Source: Neoconidiobolus thromboides FSU 785 (Eukaryota > Fungi > Entomophthoromycota). From it: a stretch of 64,000 bases of DNA. The translations under genes were made by a program, and so were the position numbers. The notes under the pieces were generated by a model that saw nothing but the letters and a program-made list of their open reading frames with translations, had not been told where the DNA came from and did no database searches. The stretch covers positions 1-64,000 of the forward strand of contig MU626318.1 in the NCBI GenBank assembly GCA_025603075.1. The letters are read 5' to 3'. Positions 39,119-51,844 of this stretch are shown here, in pieces (position 1 is the first letter of the stretch; the number at the start of each line of letters is the position of its first letter).

Positions 39119-40786
39119 ATGATTCAAATACAACCTAACTATAATTATAATGTATCAACAAGGACAGCTATGAATTATAATAACGGATTACAATATGATG
39201 AAGTTACCATGTCATTTAGGAAGAGAAGATATGATGATAATCATTTAAATTACACAATCAATATATTCTTAAGCAGTTGTATAACAAACAACTTAAATAG
39301 TAACAACTTATTAAATAATTTATTAGAGTTGGATTTATCTTATAACTCATTAACTGAGTTTCCTTCCCAGTTAAATAATCTCAACAATTTAAGAGTATTG
39401 AATTTATCATCAAATCAATTAACTAGGTTTCCACAACAATTAATTAACTTTCGTAATTTAATTACATTGAATTTATCTCGTAATCAATTAAATGAACCCT
39501 TTCCAATATCTTATTGTTATTCTTTAAGAAATTTGAAGTGTTTAAGGTTAAGTGAAAATTGTATTCCATCACTACCCGAGGAATTTTGTCATTTAAAATC
39601 ATTAGAAACCTTAATGTTAGGTAGTAGTATCGGCGGAAATCAACTACAATCTATTCCCAATAAAGTCATATCTAATTTAGAGTCACTAAAAGTATTAGAT
39701 ATTTCCAATAATTATATTAAAGAATTACCCTTTGATTTAGGCTATAAACAATCTAAATTACAATATTTAAATATAACTAATAATCAATTAACTTATTTAC
39801 CGACATCTATTGGGTTATGTCAACAATTGAAATTATTAGATTTATCACACAATAAATTATCTTATTTACCTATTGAAATTGTAGATTTAGAACAGTTAAC
39901 TAGTTTAAATTTGTCTAATAATTGTTTATGTGTCATACCTGGAGATATAATCAATTTTATGAATAAAACATCCTTATCATTGACAGGTAATCCAATGACT
40001 CAAGGTAACTTACAATTAAGTTCTATTGGTGATTTCTCAACAAGTTCAATTTCTTGTATCAATTCTCAATTTCATTCGAATTTTCATTCTGGTTTATCCA
40101 CCCCAAATTACAAAAACTCAATTATTTCACCTTCTCAATTAGTAGAACGCTTACATCAATTACAATTAACTTCTAATAATTCAACCCCAATAACTTCTCC
40201 ACCTTTATGTTCAACACCTCAACAAATGAATCCAATTCCTATGATTCCATCTCTAAAAGAAATGACTGCTCGCGTTATATTATCTCATGGTTTACATTTA
40301 AGACAAGGTTCTTTACCACGTACTGTATTAAAAATATTAGGTAATGGTGCACGTCCTTGTGGATATTGTAATTCACCTTATGTATCTGAATTTGTTGAAG
40401 GAGTAGAATATCGTCCATGTCAAGGTCATCCTAATTTACCTACTAGAGTAGCTTATTGTTCAGATAGATGTAAAGATAAATCTATACCATCAACACCAAA
40501 TTATTCATCTACATCAACTTATAAAAATGAAAGTAGTTTTACATCGAATGGTAGTAATAATAGTAATAGTAATAATTATAATAACAATAATTATTATAAA
40601 TGTATGAGTTATTCAAATAAGAGTAATAGTGGAGTATATAGCTATAGCTCTAATGGTAACTCTACCCCAAGATCTTGGAAACCATATAATTTCAATATGA
40701 ATTTAAGACCAGCTATTACATCTAATTCTTCTCCCTTAGTACCTGTTAAGAATTTAGATTTAGTAGATAAATTGAATGATTGGTAA
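39119..40786 (+). CDS. Leucine-rich repeat protein with LRRC58-like Cys-containing C-terminus
   Basis: About 9 LxxLxLxxNxL repeats; PSLKEMTARVIL followed by CGYC...CSDRC. Confidence 0.8.
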   Translation: MIQIQPNYNYNVSTRTAMNYNNGLQYDEVTMSFRKRRYDDNHLNYTINIFLSSCITNNLNSNNLLNNLLELDLSYNSLTEFPSQLNNLNNLRVLNLSSNQLTRFPQQLINFRNLITLNLSRNQLNEPFPISYCYSLRNLKCLRLSENCIPSLPEEFCHLKSLETLMLGSSIGGNQLQSIPNKVISNLESLKVLDISNNYIKELPFDLGYKQSKLQYLNITNNQLTYLPTSIGLCQQLKLLDLSHNKLSYLPIEIVDLEQLTSLNLSNNCLCVIPGDIINFMNKTSLSLTGNPMTQGNLQLSSIGDFSTSSISCINSQFHSNFHSGLSTPNYKNSIISPSQLVERLHQLQLTSNNSTPITSPPLCSTPQQMNPIPMIPSLKEMTARVILSHGLHLRQGSLPRTVLKILGNGARPCGYCNSPYVSEFVEGVEYRPCQGHPNLPTRVAYCSDRCKDKSIPSTPNYSSTSTYKNESSFTSNGSNNSNSNNYNNNNYYKCMSYSNKSNSGVYSYSSNGNSTPRSWKPYNFNMNLRPAITSNSSPLVPVKNLDLVDKLNDW

Positions 40787-41140
40787 ATTGTAAGATTAGA
40801 GGCTGTTGTGTATATTTATTATGTTGTTGATTTGCTATGTTTTTTATAACTCTTATTTAAATAAAAAATTTATATGCTGTTTAATTTGAATCGTGTTATA
40901 GTTCCAACATTTTTACTATTTTCATTAAAAAATTCAACTTTTAAAAACAATAAAAATGAAGGATAAATTTGAACTTAATTCTTCCATTTAAATAACAATT
41001 AAAATTTGTCCGCTTTTAATGCTTTCACTTTAAAAATGCATTTGTTAAAAAAATAAGTTCAATTCTTCATTTTTATTTCTATTTTATAAATACAAAATTA
41101 AAACACAAAATTAAAACACAAAAATAAATAATCAATTAAA

Positions 41141-41584
41141 ATGCGTCATTATTATTTGATATTGTTATTTCTCTATCTAACAAGTTGTATCCTTTCTTTG
41201 AATTATGATTGTAGTATAATAACAGATATGGAAAATAATTTACAATGTGATTGCAGTATCAGTATTCCAAGTAACGTACGTACTTCTCAGAGTGTTTCTT
41301 TATTATGTAGTACTAACAGAAGTCATTGTTCTTCTCCATCATTAAAATTAAATCGTAATCAATTACGAATAGCTCTATGCACAGACGAACAAATCTTACT
41401 CATTAATAAGAGAGGAAAAAAGGAATATTATATTAATTTAGATCAATTCTCTTGTTTTAAAAGTAAATCGGGCAGTAAATGTGTAGTGAGTGGGGATGGT
41501 ATAGAGGAAGGAGATAAGTTAATGCTAAAAAGAAAAATTATTAGGATGGGTCCTAGAATTCTGGGAAAGATAAAACAAGTGTAA
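41141..41584 (+). CDS. Small secreted Cys-rich protein, distant 8-Cys family member
   Basis: Signal-like N-terminus; mature region C, CxC, C, C, C, C, C. Confidence 0.7.
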   Translation: MRHYYLILLFLYLTSCILSLNYDCSIITDMENNLQCDCSISIPSNVRTSQSVSLLCSTNRSHCSSPSLKLNRNQLRIALCTDEQILLINKRGKKEYYINLDQFSCFKSKSGSKCVVSGDGIEEGDKLMLKRKIIRMGPRILGKIKQV

Positions 41585-41994
41585 ATAGGGTTGGTTGGGT
41601 GATTGTAGCTTTTTGAGTATCTATTTAGGGCTTAGTTTTTAAATAAAAACATAAAAGCTTTAATTGTTTTTTTATTTATCCTGTATTTTTAAAATATTAC
41701 AAATTATGTATAAAATAGTCACAATTTAAATTAGAATAGTTGAAATCAAATTAATACTTACCTCATTTATTGTCAAGTTTCGAGTTTATTAAACTTGAAT
41801 GTTTAGTCCTGTTAAATTTTTTAAGCTAATAAAAATAATAAATTCAACTCCAAACATTCTTTTAATCATCAGATATCAAACTAGTATATTTGTTCTTAAA
41901 ATAAAATAAAATAAAATAGTAAAATTTATTAACGATACAAAGGGAGAAAAAAAGAGAGTCAAGTAACAACTTAAATCGCTAACTTAACTTATAT

Positions 41995-42887
41995 TTAAAG
42001 TTCTAATTTATCCGCTTCATCATCTGAAAAATCTTCGACTGGACTCATTTCTTCATCACTGCTTTCTTGATTAGTAGCTTCTTCAAATGCTTCTTTAGTT
42101 GCATTACGTACCACATGCTCTATTTATAATTTATTCATTAATTAGCATTATAATTATGATGTATTTGAATATATTTATTAATTACCTTTGACTCTTTGTT
42201 CATAACCGGTAGGGTCTCTCATTAATAAACTTGCTGCTTCACCATTAAGTGGATCAGTTGGGTTTGGATAACGTAAAAGTTGAGGTAAAAATACTCCAAA
42301 AATATTAATCATATCTATATTATTAAAAAGAGAAATTAGATTCCATCCTTAGAACTTTATCACACTTTATTATAATAATAAGAATAGTGTTCAACTTACC
42401 AAACATTGGACTCCAAGTTTGATTAATAACGTCTAAACAAACGGAACCACTTCTATAAAAAATCATTAATATCAAATATTAATATCAAATATTATTCGCT
42501 CTTTTTCATGATTTATAATTATTTTTATCTTAAATTAAAAAATAAATCAAATTCAACTTACAATTCATCAATATTGGGATGAAATATTTTATTCATAAAC
42601 CCAATAGAAGGGGATTTATATGGATATTGATCCGGTAATTCCACATGAACTTTCCAAATACCTCCTTTATACGGTGTATCATCAGGTCCAATAAACCTTA
42701 CATAAAATTCTTGCATATTATCATTAACTAAATTGACATCGTAATCACTCATTAAGCTAATTTAGAAAAGGTAAAAAGGTTAATAGTGAATAAGTGACTA
42801 TAGAAATATATTTTATTATTATCGTTAAAAATAAATTACTTACAGCTTCATTACATCTGTTTCAATTCTTCTTTTTGGGGATGACAT
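41995..42887 (-). CDS. UBC8: E2 ubiquitin-conjugating enzyme UBE2H type, multi-exon
   Basis: [14 protein letters not shown]; [13 protein letters not shown]; [24 protein letters not shown]; [13 protein letters not shown]. Confidence 0.92.
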
Positions 42888-43476
42888 TCTTTATTTCTTT
42901 ATCTTTTATTTATTTCAGTATAAAAACTTTCAATTTCAAATTTTGTGACTCTTTTTTTATACATTACTTATCAGCTGAAATGTGGAGCTTAAAGCGAAGT
43001 TGCCAATTGGTGGAATTCTATAATTGCTTAACTTATGGCTTATTCATTTTCAAACTGAAGAATTAGAAAAATTCCTTATTTTGGTTAATTAACTAGTTCA
43101 TTTTCAAGTGGTTAATTGTGCAGATTAGATGAAAATAAGATAGTTTGTTTAGACTTTTATATTGTATTAAAGTATTAGAAGTAACTATTATATAGTTGTG
43201 TATTTATGTGATTTTTTTAAAAAGTATGTTTTTATTATTTAGGGACTTAACAAAATGAAATAATACATTATTACTATCTTTTAATAATCGATTCTTCATT
43301 CTATAATCAAAATCCTGTTTGTTAAAGCATTTTTTTTAAGTAACATTTCTTCTAATAAAAATTGCTTGATCTTAATTGGTTCCAATTAGATTCTAATAGA
43401 ATTCAACAAATTGAATATTTCGAAAAATATCTAAAATTCGTTTCTAAAAAAACATAACTCAAGGTTGATAATTATA

Positions 43477-44118
43477 ATGACTGAACTTGGTGATTATGAA
43501 GTGGAGTTTATAAACTATGCTCGCTATGGTGATCTAGATGAATTAAAACAATTACTCATAAAAGTGGGACCAAGTTTATTAAAATCCAAAGGTTTCAATC
43601 AAAATTCCGCTTTACATATGGCTGGGGCTAATGGTCATTTAGGTAAGTTATTAATTTTAATAATGATAATAAATCAATTTTTATAAGAGGAGTAAAGATG
43701 TTAGTAATTCGATTATTAATAAGAAATAATTTTATATATAGATATAATTGAATATTTATTATCCAGACCTGAAGGTAATGGAATTAATCAAGTAAATGGT
43801 AATGGAAACACAGCAATCCATTGGGCAGCCATGAATGGTCATAGAGAAGTAGTAGAGTGTTTTATTCAAAATGGAGCAGACTTAATGGTAAGTTCGGATC
43901 TCTTTATGATTTTTATGATTCTTTTGAGATTTTTTGAAAGTTAATGATTAATTATAATTGTATAGATTAAAAATGAAATGGGTCGAACTGCTTTTACAGA
44001 AGCTAAAGGTGCAGGTCATGAAGAAGTTGCAGAATTAATTTTACAAAATATGAATTTAGATGAAGAGGATAAAGATGAAGAAGAAGAAAAAGTAGAGGAT
44101 GATAAAGAAATAGTATAA
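43477..44118 (+). CDS. YAR1: Small ankyrin-repeat protein with acidic tail, Yar1-like
   Basis: ARYGDLDEL, SALHMAGANGHL, TAIHWAAMNGH, acidic C-terminus; two introns. Confidence 0.7.
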
Positions 44119-44310
44119 AGATAATGATAGTTGCGAATTTATGTTTTAAAGTTATTTTTTCTGAATGATAAAGCTTAATATAAATAGAATAGAGTATATG
44201 AATGAATTATGAAAACTTTTTTATATTAAATAAAAAGTATATAAAATAAAATAATTTGGGTTTTATTGTATAATAAAGAAGTATAGATAAGTTTTAGGTT
44301 CAAGTTTATT

Positions 44311-45245
44311 TTAATAGTCATCTAATTGTTGATTTAAAAGGTTAGTATTACGAATACTTTTTCTTTCATCTTCATATTCTTCCATTTTATCTTTACTACT
44401 TTCTTGAATATCCAATAGTTCATGACCAATTAAAATATTTTCTAATTCTATAACAATAATAATAATAAAATCATTAATCTGTCTATTTCTAACAAAATAA
44501 TAATAATAATAGAATTACCTTTCTTTGATAAATTACAACCTGAATGTAAACTCGAAGCTAATCCAATTAATTGTTGTTTAACGTTTCCTTTATGATAACA
44601 CAAAATTGTAGGTAAATTTTTGTCTGGATAATTTTCAATACAAAGGTCCGAAATTATTTTCACAAATTTAGTAGATTTATATTGTCTAGCTAATTCGGAC
44701 AAATAGTGATTTAATTGACGACAAGCTAAATAACTATAATAATATAAATAAAGTTGATTAAATGATTCAGTAAAGAATAAGAAGTAAATGAAGTTTACCT
44801 ATCTTTAAATAAATGTACAATAACAGGTGCATGTTCACTAGCTTCAGTTACTTCACGAATAAAATCAGGTCGATTAATTTGAATAATTTCACCATATTTT
44901 TGTTTAGAAGCTAATAATTTCATCTCTTGAAGTCTTTTTTCTCTATTAAAATAAAATCAGTTATATATTCCCCTCATAACTACACGAAATAACTAATTTG
45001 TTTTTCTCTTTAACTTACCTATAAATATTTAAAATACTTTCGTCTTCTAAATCTTCAAATTCATCTAACTCATCTAACTCATAATCCTCATATTTTTGAT
45101 GACTATTTTGTTTAGCTTGATGTGCTTCTATGGCTTCTTCTAATGCTTTTTCAACTAATTCTTCTTTACTTGGTTCTTTAGGTGGTAATATTCCTTTAGC
45201 TCTTAAAATATCATTCCATTCGGTATCTTCGTTAGGGTTTTGCAT
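44311..45245 (-). CDS. PLP2: Phosducin-like protein 2 (PDCL3 type), multi-exon
   Basis: [24 protein letters not shown]; [16 protein letters not shown]. Confidence 0.88.
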
Positions 45246-45399
45246 TTTTATTATTTTAGTTAAAAAGAAATAATTAAAAATCAAAGTTTATAGTTTCAGA
45301 AAATGACCAATCAATTAAGATTTCATCAAGCATTAGAAATTATAATAGCTCTTGGTATTCTTGATAATTTTAATGAGGTTTTAGTTATTTTAGTCAAAG

Positions 45400-46349
45400 A
45401 TGAAAATATTAGACAATAAAGAATTTCAAAAATTAAAATTTCAATTTACAGATAACACTCAAGATCAATACCAAGAAAATCTAATTCTATTTTTACATGG
45501 TTTAGGTAAGTCATTTTTAATGATATTATATATTATAATAATATATTTAATAAGTTTGATTTAGGTGATAATAATAAAAATTATTTTAATTTAGCTAAAC
45601 AACTAAATTTACCACAATCCAGTATATTATCCGTACAAGCACCTTATAAATTACCATTTACTTATGATCATGAAGAGATGTATATGTGGTGGGATAGCTT
45701 CAATCTTGAAGATGGAAGTGGTAAGCATTATTTATTTTTTATTAATATTGTTTATTTATTTAAAATTTTAAAATTAGAACTTAATATAACACATAGAGAT
45801 AAAAGTTATCAACAAAGTTTAACTTTATTAAAAGAATTATTAGACTACACTCAAAGTAAAGGTTATAAAATCAATAATACCTTTTTATTTGGTTATTCAC
45901 AAGGAGGAACAATGGCTTTACAATTAGCTTTAGAATATCCATTACCATTATGCGGAGTCATTGCTATTGCTGCTTTACCTTTAGATAGTTTTCTAGAAAA
46001 ACAAACACAACACAGCATGAGGGGATTTGATACTAAATTATTATTTATTATTGGAGATAAAGATGAAAAGAATACTAAAGCTATTTATACGAATAGTATT
46101 AATAAATTAAAGGATGTGGTGACAAAAGAATGGGATGAATATATTAAATTGAAGATTATTAAAGGAAAAGGTCATGAAATGAGTCATAAAAAAGTAATTA
46201 AATTCTTATCTATTGACTAAACGTTGTTTATTTTTTATTAGGAAGAAGTTGATATTTGGATGGAGTTTTTTTCAAGTAATCTTAAATTGAGACAACCTCA
46301 ACTTGAAGCTATGGCAGATGAAATTATAGAAATAAAAAGAGAAGAATAA
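45400..46349 (+). CDS. Phospholipase/carboxylesterase family alpha/beta hydrolase, multi-exon
   Basis: LFLHGLGD, GYSQGG nucleophile elbow, GDKD, KGHEM. Confidence 0.85.
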
Positions 46350-46443
46350 ATAGTAATTATTTTATTTTTATTTTTATTTTTACTTTATTTTTATTTTTTA
46401 TGATATAATTTAAATAATAAGCTTATTTTTTATTAAATTTTTT

Positions 46444-47858
46444 TTATTCCAATTCACCACAATCAATAATTGTAATTTTACGTTGAGGTTTACCACTTTC
46501 ACTACCGAACTGTTCCATTTTTTTAACTACGTCTAAACCAGATTCTACATAACCAAATACTACATGTTTATTATCTAACCTAAGTAATATAATAATATAT
46601 ATAATTTAATATTGTTAACATATATTATATGATATTAAAATTACCATTCTGTTGGTCCAGTACAAATAAAAAACTGAGAACCATTAGTATTTGGACCTGA
46701 ATTGGCCATTGATAAAGTACCTAATCCTGAATGTTTTAACTGAAAATTTTCATCTTCAAATTTATTTCCATAAATCGATTTTCCACCAGTCCCATTATAA
46801 TTTGTAAAATCACCTATTTAACGTTATTATTTGCTATTCAATATTGTTTTATATGCTTATTATTTATTACCTCCTTGACACATAAATTTTGGTATTACCT
46901 AAAACATTCTATTAATATTTAGTATTTATTTTTGAACTATCAATTTACCCTATGAAATACCGATTTCTTATAACCATATCCTTTTTCATTAGTACACCTT
47001 ATTGAAAAATATTAACACTTTACTTATAAAACTATAAAACTATATTAATTACAATGCTCTAAAATTCCTATTATTAAAATATTAATATTAATGTTATAAT
47101 AAAAATAATAAAAAATATTTACTCTGCTGTTTTTGGTACCACATCAGCCCTTAATACCATTACTATTCTACCTACTGTTTCACCACCAATTGTAATATCA
47201 AAAAATACTCTTTTTGAAAATTGCTATTAATTTATAAATGTAAAAATAAACTTTAAATTACTTTGGATTCTTTTTCTTATTCTCCCCCTCTTTTTTATCC
47301 CCCTCTTCCTTTTTATTTTCGATTCTATTTTCTTCTTGTCTATTAGTTCCATATTCTTGTAACCAAGAGTCTTCAGTCCAAACTAAAATAAAAAATATTT
47401 AATATCAACCAATCCCACAAAAACAATAAAAATCCCTAAACTTACCAGCTTTAATCGAATATTGATTGACTCTAGTATTAGTAGCAATGTTGACTTTCAA
47501 AACTTTACCATACAATTCGGATAAATGTAAATTATCTACAGCAGCTAAAGCATCTTCACTATCTTCATATTCCACAAAACCAAAGCCTCGATGGACTAAC
47601 CCTAAAAATGGATAAATTTGGTTTATTTTTTTGTTTATAGTGAAAAATTCATTCTTACACCTCGATGGGTTACTCGGTATTTGTACTTGTACTATATCTC
47701 CAAATGGAATGCAAGTATCATATAATATCTGTTCATTGACTTGTTCATCAAAGCCACCTAAATTAAGGGTTAGAATATGTCTATTATTTAATAAGAAAAT
47801 GTTGCTTTTTACCTACAAATATAGTATTCGTTTTTCGATCTTTTATAGAGTTATTCAT
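46444..47858 (-). CDS. PPIE: RRM plus cyclophilin peptidyl-prolyl isomerase (Cyp33 type), multi-exon
   Basis: [12 protein letters not shown]; cyclophilin [37 protein letters not shown]. Confidence 0.88.
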
Positions 47859-47996
47859 TTAGGATTGAAAATTTTATTAAAAAAGATACTTTTGATTTTT
47901 TTGAAATTGAAGTTCGCTAATTTTTTTATTTTGCAGTAAAATTAAAATAAGAAAAGGACATATTTTCTTTTCACTGTTTTTAAATCTTTTATAAAA

Positions 47997-48574
47997 ATGA
48001 CTCATTTAAAAATCCTTGGTCAAACATTAGGTCAACAGATTAATTACAAAATCCAAAGTGCCAATTATTTAACTAAGAAAGATATTAATACAGTTTATCA
48101 ATGGTTTATGACTCAGGGCCAAGTAATTACATTTGAACAGCATAGGGTAAGTGAAAGATTTTAAATTAGCTCTTCATTTTTAATTATTTCGATGTACGTT
48201 ATGGGATTAATTGAGCTGATTTCGATTTATTTAGAGTTTACATGATGACAAATTATTACCTACCGGTCGAGTTATTTATAAAATATTAGATGATAAAAAA
48301 GTGAATTTAAAAAAGTATTATAAATTGGATAAATTTGAACTTCATATCTTAGATAATTCAAAAAGAAGTAAGTGCTTTTATTTTTGCTTATTTATTTATG
48401 AATTTAAAGCTAGATCGAATTAAATGTTTACTCTTTTTTTAAATACATTTTATAGAGGATATCAAATTAGATTTATCCAAAGTACCACCTAAGTTTGAAT
48501 TTTTTAGTAAAGATTTTGAAATGAAGGATTATGTTTCTAATCTTTGTAAATTTGAAGCAATGAAAAAAGAGTAG
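47997..48574 (+). CDS. Hypothetical small spliced protein (3 exons)
   Basis: ATG at 47997, two GTAAGT...AG introns that keep the frame, stop at 48572; head-to-head with PPIE. Confidence 0.5.
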
Positions 48575-49136
48575 ATTTGAAGATTCTAGAAGGTCTTAGA
48601 TTAGTAAGACCAAAAGAAATCAACTATTTGTTTTGCATTAAGGTCGATTCGACTTAAGATGGTTGGTTATAGAGATATTTTAATTATATTTTGATACATG
48701 CTAAAGAAATAAATTGGTAATGTTCATTAAGTTATATATTTGAATCTATTTGTTAATGAGATTCAATTTAAATGATTTGATGATAAGTTTTATTTAATTT
48801 TTGAATTTATTATAATATATTGGCTTTAGATAGTAAGTGTATTTAAGTCAATAATATTTATTTATAAAGGATTACTACAGCTTGTCAAATGATTATCTTT
48901 AATTAAATCTAGTCTATTATGTTTAAATATTACTTCTATTAAATTGATTTTCGAATTTTTCATATCATGATAACGATTTTTATAGATTTGAAATATAATA
49001 TTAAAACCAATAAATTATAAGTTATTGCTATTAGTTGATATTCATATACATTAATCATCTAATATGAAAAACCAAGCCTTTTATCATACAATCTTAAAGT
49101 GGTCAAATCTAAACACTTAAGTGAATACGAAAATCA

Positions 49137-49241
49137 TATGGGGATGTTTTTTTCGGTTTCATTATTTTTCCATTTTTTAAGCGCTATTTGAGCGAAAGAA
49201 TTGTTAGCAAAGTTCTTAAACATAAAAATACATTCTCATAT
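49137..49241 (-). mobile_element. MITE-like element, copy 13
   Basis: ATATGGGGATGTTTTTTT...AAGCGCTATTTGAG...ATACATTCTCATAT. Confidence 0.8.
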
Positions 49242-49329
49242 AATAACAATTTAGTTGTATAAATAAGAAATGAAGTAAACTGAAGATTAAACAATTTAAT
49301 TTAATATCGTTTTTTTAACTCAAAGTGTT

Positions 49330-49724
49330 ATGGACAATTTATATATTGAAATTGGCTTAGATGGTTCCATCCTACCCTTATATTAATCTGATAACTCAAA
49401 TCATACAAATAAAACAGTTATTATAAATCAATCTGAAATTTTACAATTAAGCAGATAAGAGATAATTATGCTAGTATGTTCTATTTGAAAATAAACAAAT
49501 AATCACTAAAATTGAATATGAACCTAAATTTAAACCGTTTCTTATTTTTCTTGTTTTTTTCACTTGGAAGTCCCATCATCTCTAAATCACTCGAAGCAAT
49601 AATTTTTATGTTTATAGCTATCTTTACTTTCCCTTTACTTTATTTGGTGATTATGTGTCGTCCAACTTTTAATGAAATTCATCATTGTCCTTCTAGTGAT
49701 AGGGTTATTGCTATTACTGAATAA
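49330..49724 (+). pseudogene. LITAF-like pseudogene
   Basis: MDNLYIE start, QSEILQLSR, VCSI, NEIHHCPSSDRVIAITE match 54735; in-frame stops and frameshifts. Confidence 0.7.
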
Positions 49725-50012
49725 AACTAACATATCTGATTTTTATTTATATCCTTCTTTATTTAAAATAATGCTTTGTTTTATAAAATTGTTAAATCTA
49801 GCCATCAGATTCATTTATAGAACAAAAGTAAATATCTAAAACATTATACTTGTCAAAGTAAACATATATCTAAAATGCCTAAAACTGAATAAAATTTCAA
49901 ATAATTATAAAAATGTAATATATTTCTATATATAGCAGTAATATTATTTTAAATTAAAAGACAATAACTTAATTAAGCTTAAATGATTTTTTGATTTAAT
50001 AATAGTAACTAT

Positions 50013-50568
50013 TATATGGGGATGTGTTTTTTGTTTAAGAATTTTACTGACAATTTTTCCACTCAAATACCATTGTGAAATGTCGCTTTGTCAGCCCCAT
50101 GGTTAATTATAGCATAATAATCGCCTAAGCTGTCGTGTTCTCAATTATAGAGACAATTAGTCCCATGCTCTTATTCTGATTTGTTAACAGAATTTCTATC
50201 TTCGTCTCAAAGAATATTCTCTCCTCGTTTTGATATTTATACTTATCGGAGTACAAAAGAGATTCTAAAACATAATAGTTCGAGGCTTTTTAACTGAATT
50301 ATTCCCTAATATCTCGGACATTTAATAAAGCCACCAAGTTTTCTTAATAGTATTTTACATAGGTTTTACATTAGTATTGTCTATTCTATTTGTCTTATAT
50401 AGCTTGTAACCTATTACGTGCTATTCCTCATAATCTAAGTCTATCTTAGTCACATAAGCTAAGACCTTTCGACTTATAGTGTAGTCAACCCAGCAATAGC
50501 TGTTCTTGACTCCAAACCCTGAGTACCAGATTTCACAGCTCTTGAATTAAAAAACACATCCCCATATA
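50013..50568. mobile_element. Composite: MITE ends (copy 14) enclosing a solo LTR
   Basis: Perfect 20-bp inverted ends TATATGGGGATGTGTTTTTT / AAAAAACACATCCCCATATA. Confidence 0.7.
50074..50537 (+). mobile_element. Complete solo-LTR-like element (464 bp)
   Basis: TGTGAAAT...ATTTCACA termini (TG..CA, 8-bp inverted); three related copies in window; no TSD seen. Confidence 0.7.
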
Positions 50569-50615
50569 TCAAATAATTTCAAAAATACAACAAAAAGAAC
50601 AAATTCATATAATAT

Positions 50616-50718
50616 ATCTGGGGATGTGTTTTTTGTTCAAGATTTTACTACAATCTTTCCACTCAAATAGCACTTAAAAGATGGAAAAAGTAATGAAGCC
50701 AAAAAAACACCCCCATAT
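50616..50718 (+). mobile_element. MITE-like element, copy 15
   Basis: GGGGATGTGTTTTTT...CCACTCAAATAGCAC...AAAACACCCCCATAT. Confidence 0.8.
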
Positions 50719-50749
50719 GCTTATTGAATAATTAAGAAAAGTTATTTAA

Positions 50750-50855
50750 AAATAAAAATAAAAATAAAAATAAAAATAAAAATAAAAATAAAAATAAAAA
50801 TAAAAATAAATTAAAATAAATTAAAATAAATTAAAATTAAAATTAAAATTAAAAA
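50750..50855. repeat. (TAAAAA)n grading into (TAAAAT)n-type microsatellite
   Basis: Direct hexamer repeats. Confidence 0.8.
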
Positions 50856-51844
50856 GTTACATAAATCCTATAATAATACTTAAAAAATATATTTAATAAA
50901 GCTATTAAAAAATTAAATAGTAAAAGTCATACTATTTTTAAACTCTAAATAAAATACAAAAATAAATCCAAGTTTAATAATTTTAAACTACTATAATAAA
51001 CAAGATATATGAGTATTAAAGCTTAATATTTTATATCTAAAAAGCTTGTAAATAATCTTGCTTAAATAATACTTAAAAAAAAAGGTAATGAAGCTAAAAA
51101 AAGATTTTTGTATTACATATTTAAAGAAATTTATAAGATAAACAATAGCCTAAAAAAATTAATTCCAACTCCCTTGCTAAATATCACAAAAAAAATATAG
51201 TTTATAAACATCTTAAAAAAATTAATAATTTTAAAGCATTAAATAGAATAAAGCATATTAGTTAGTTAATTTTAAAATTAGATGTTTTTATTTTTGGACA
51301 TAATAAAACCAATAATTTAATTATCAATAATAAGAAAACATGTAATTTTTAAAAAGTATAAAAGTATAAGAAACATAACATATTAAAAGGTATTGTATTT
51401 TAGTTAATGTAATAATAAGCTACATTATTACTTAGTATTCAACAAACTAAAAAAATTTGATATCATTCTAATTGAAGTTACAAAGTTTATAAAAAGTAAA
51501 AAAATAAAAAAATAAACCTTAGCTTATTTTATAATAATAAACATTTGCTAATGAAATTTTATAAAAAAATGTATTTATTTACATAATATAACTTTTATTA
51601 ATATCAATATATAGACTATATTGGTAAAAACCTTGCTAATCCAGGAATTTTTATCAAATTTAGTAGAAATTCAGCTAATTTTATAATATAAATCATAATA
51701 AAATAATTTAAAATTATAGAGTACTTTCACTTTTTAGTAATTTATTTTTTATAAAGCTTTAAGCAAAGTTGGTACAAAATGTTTAAAATTGGGTTTTATT
51801 TTAATACCACTACTTTATTGATTACTCTATCCATAATTCAGAAC

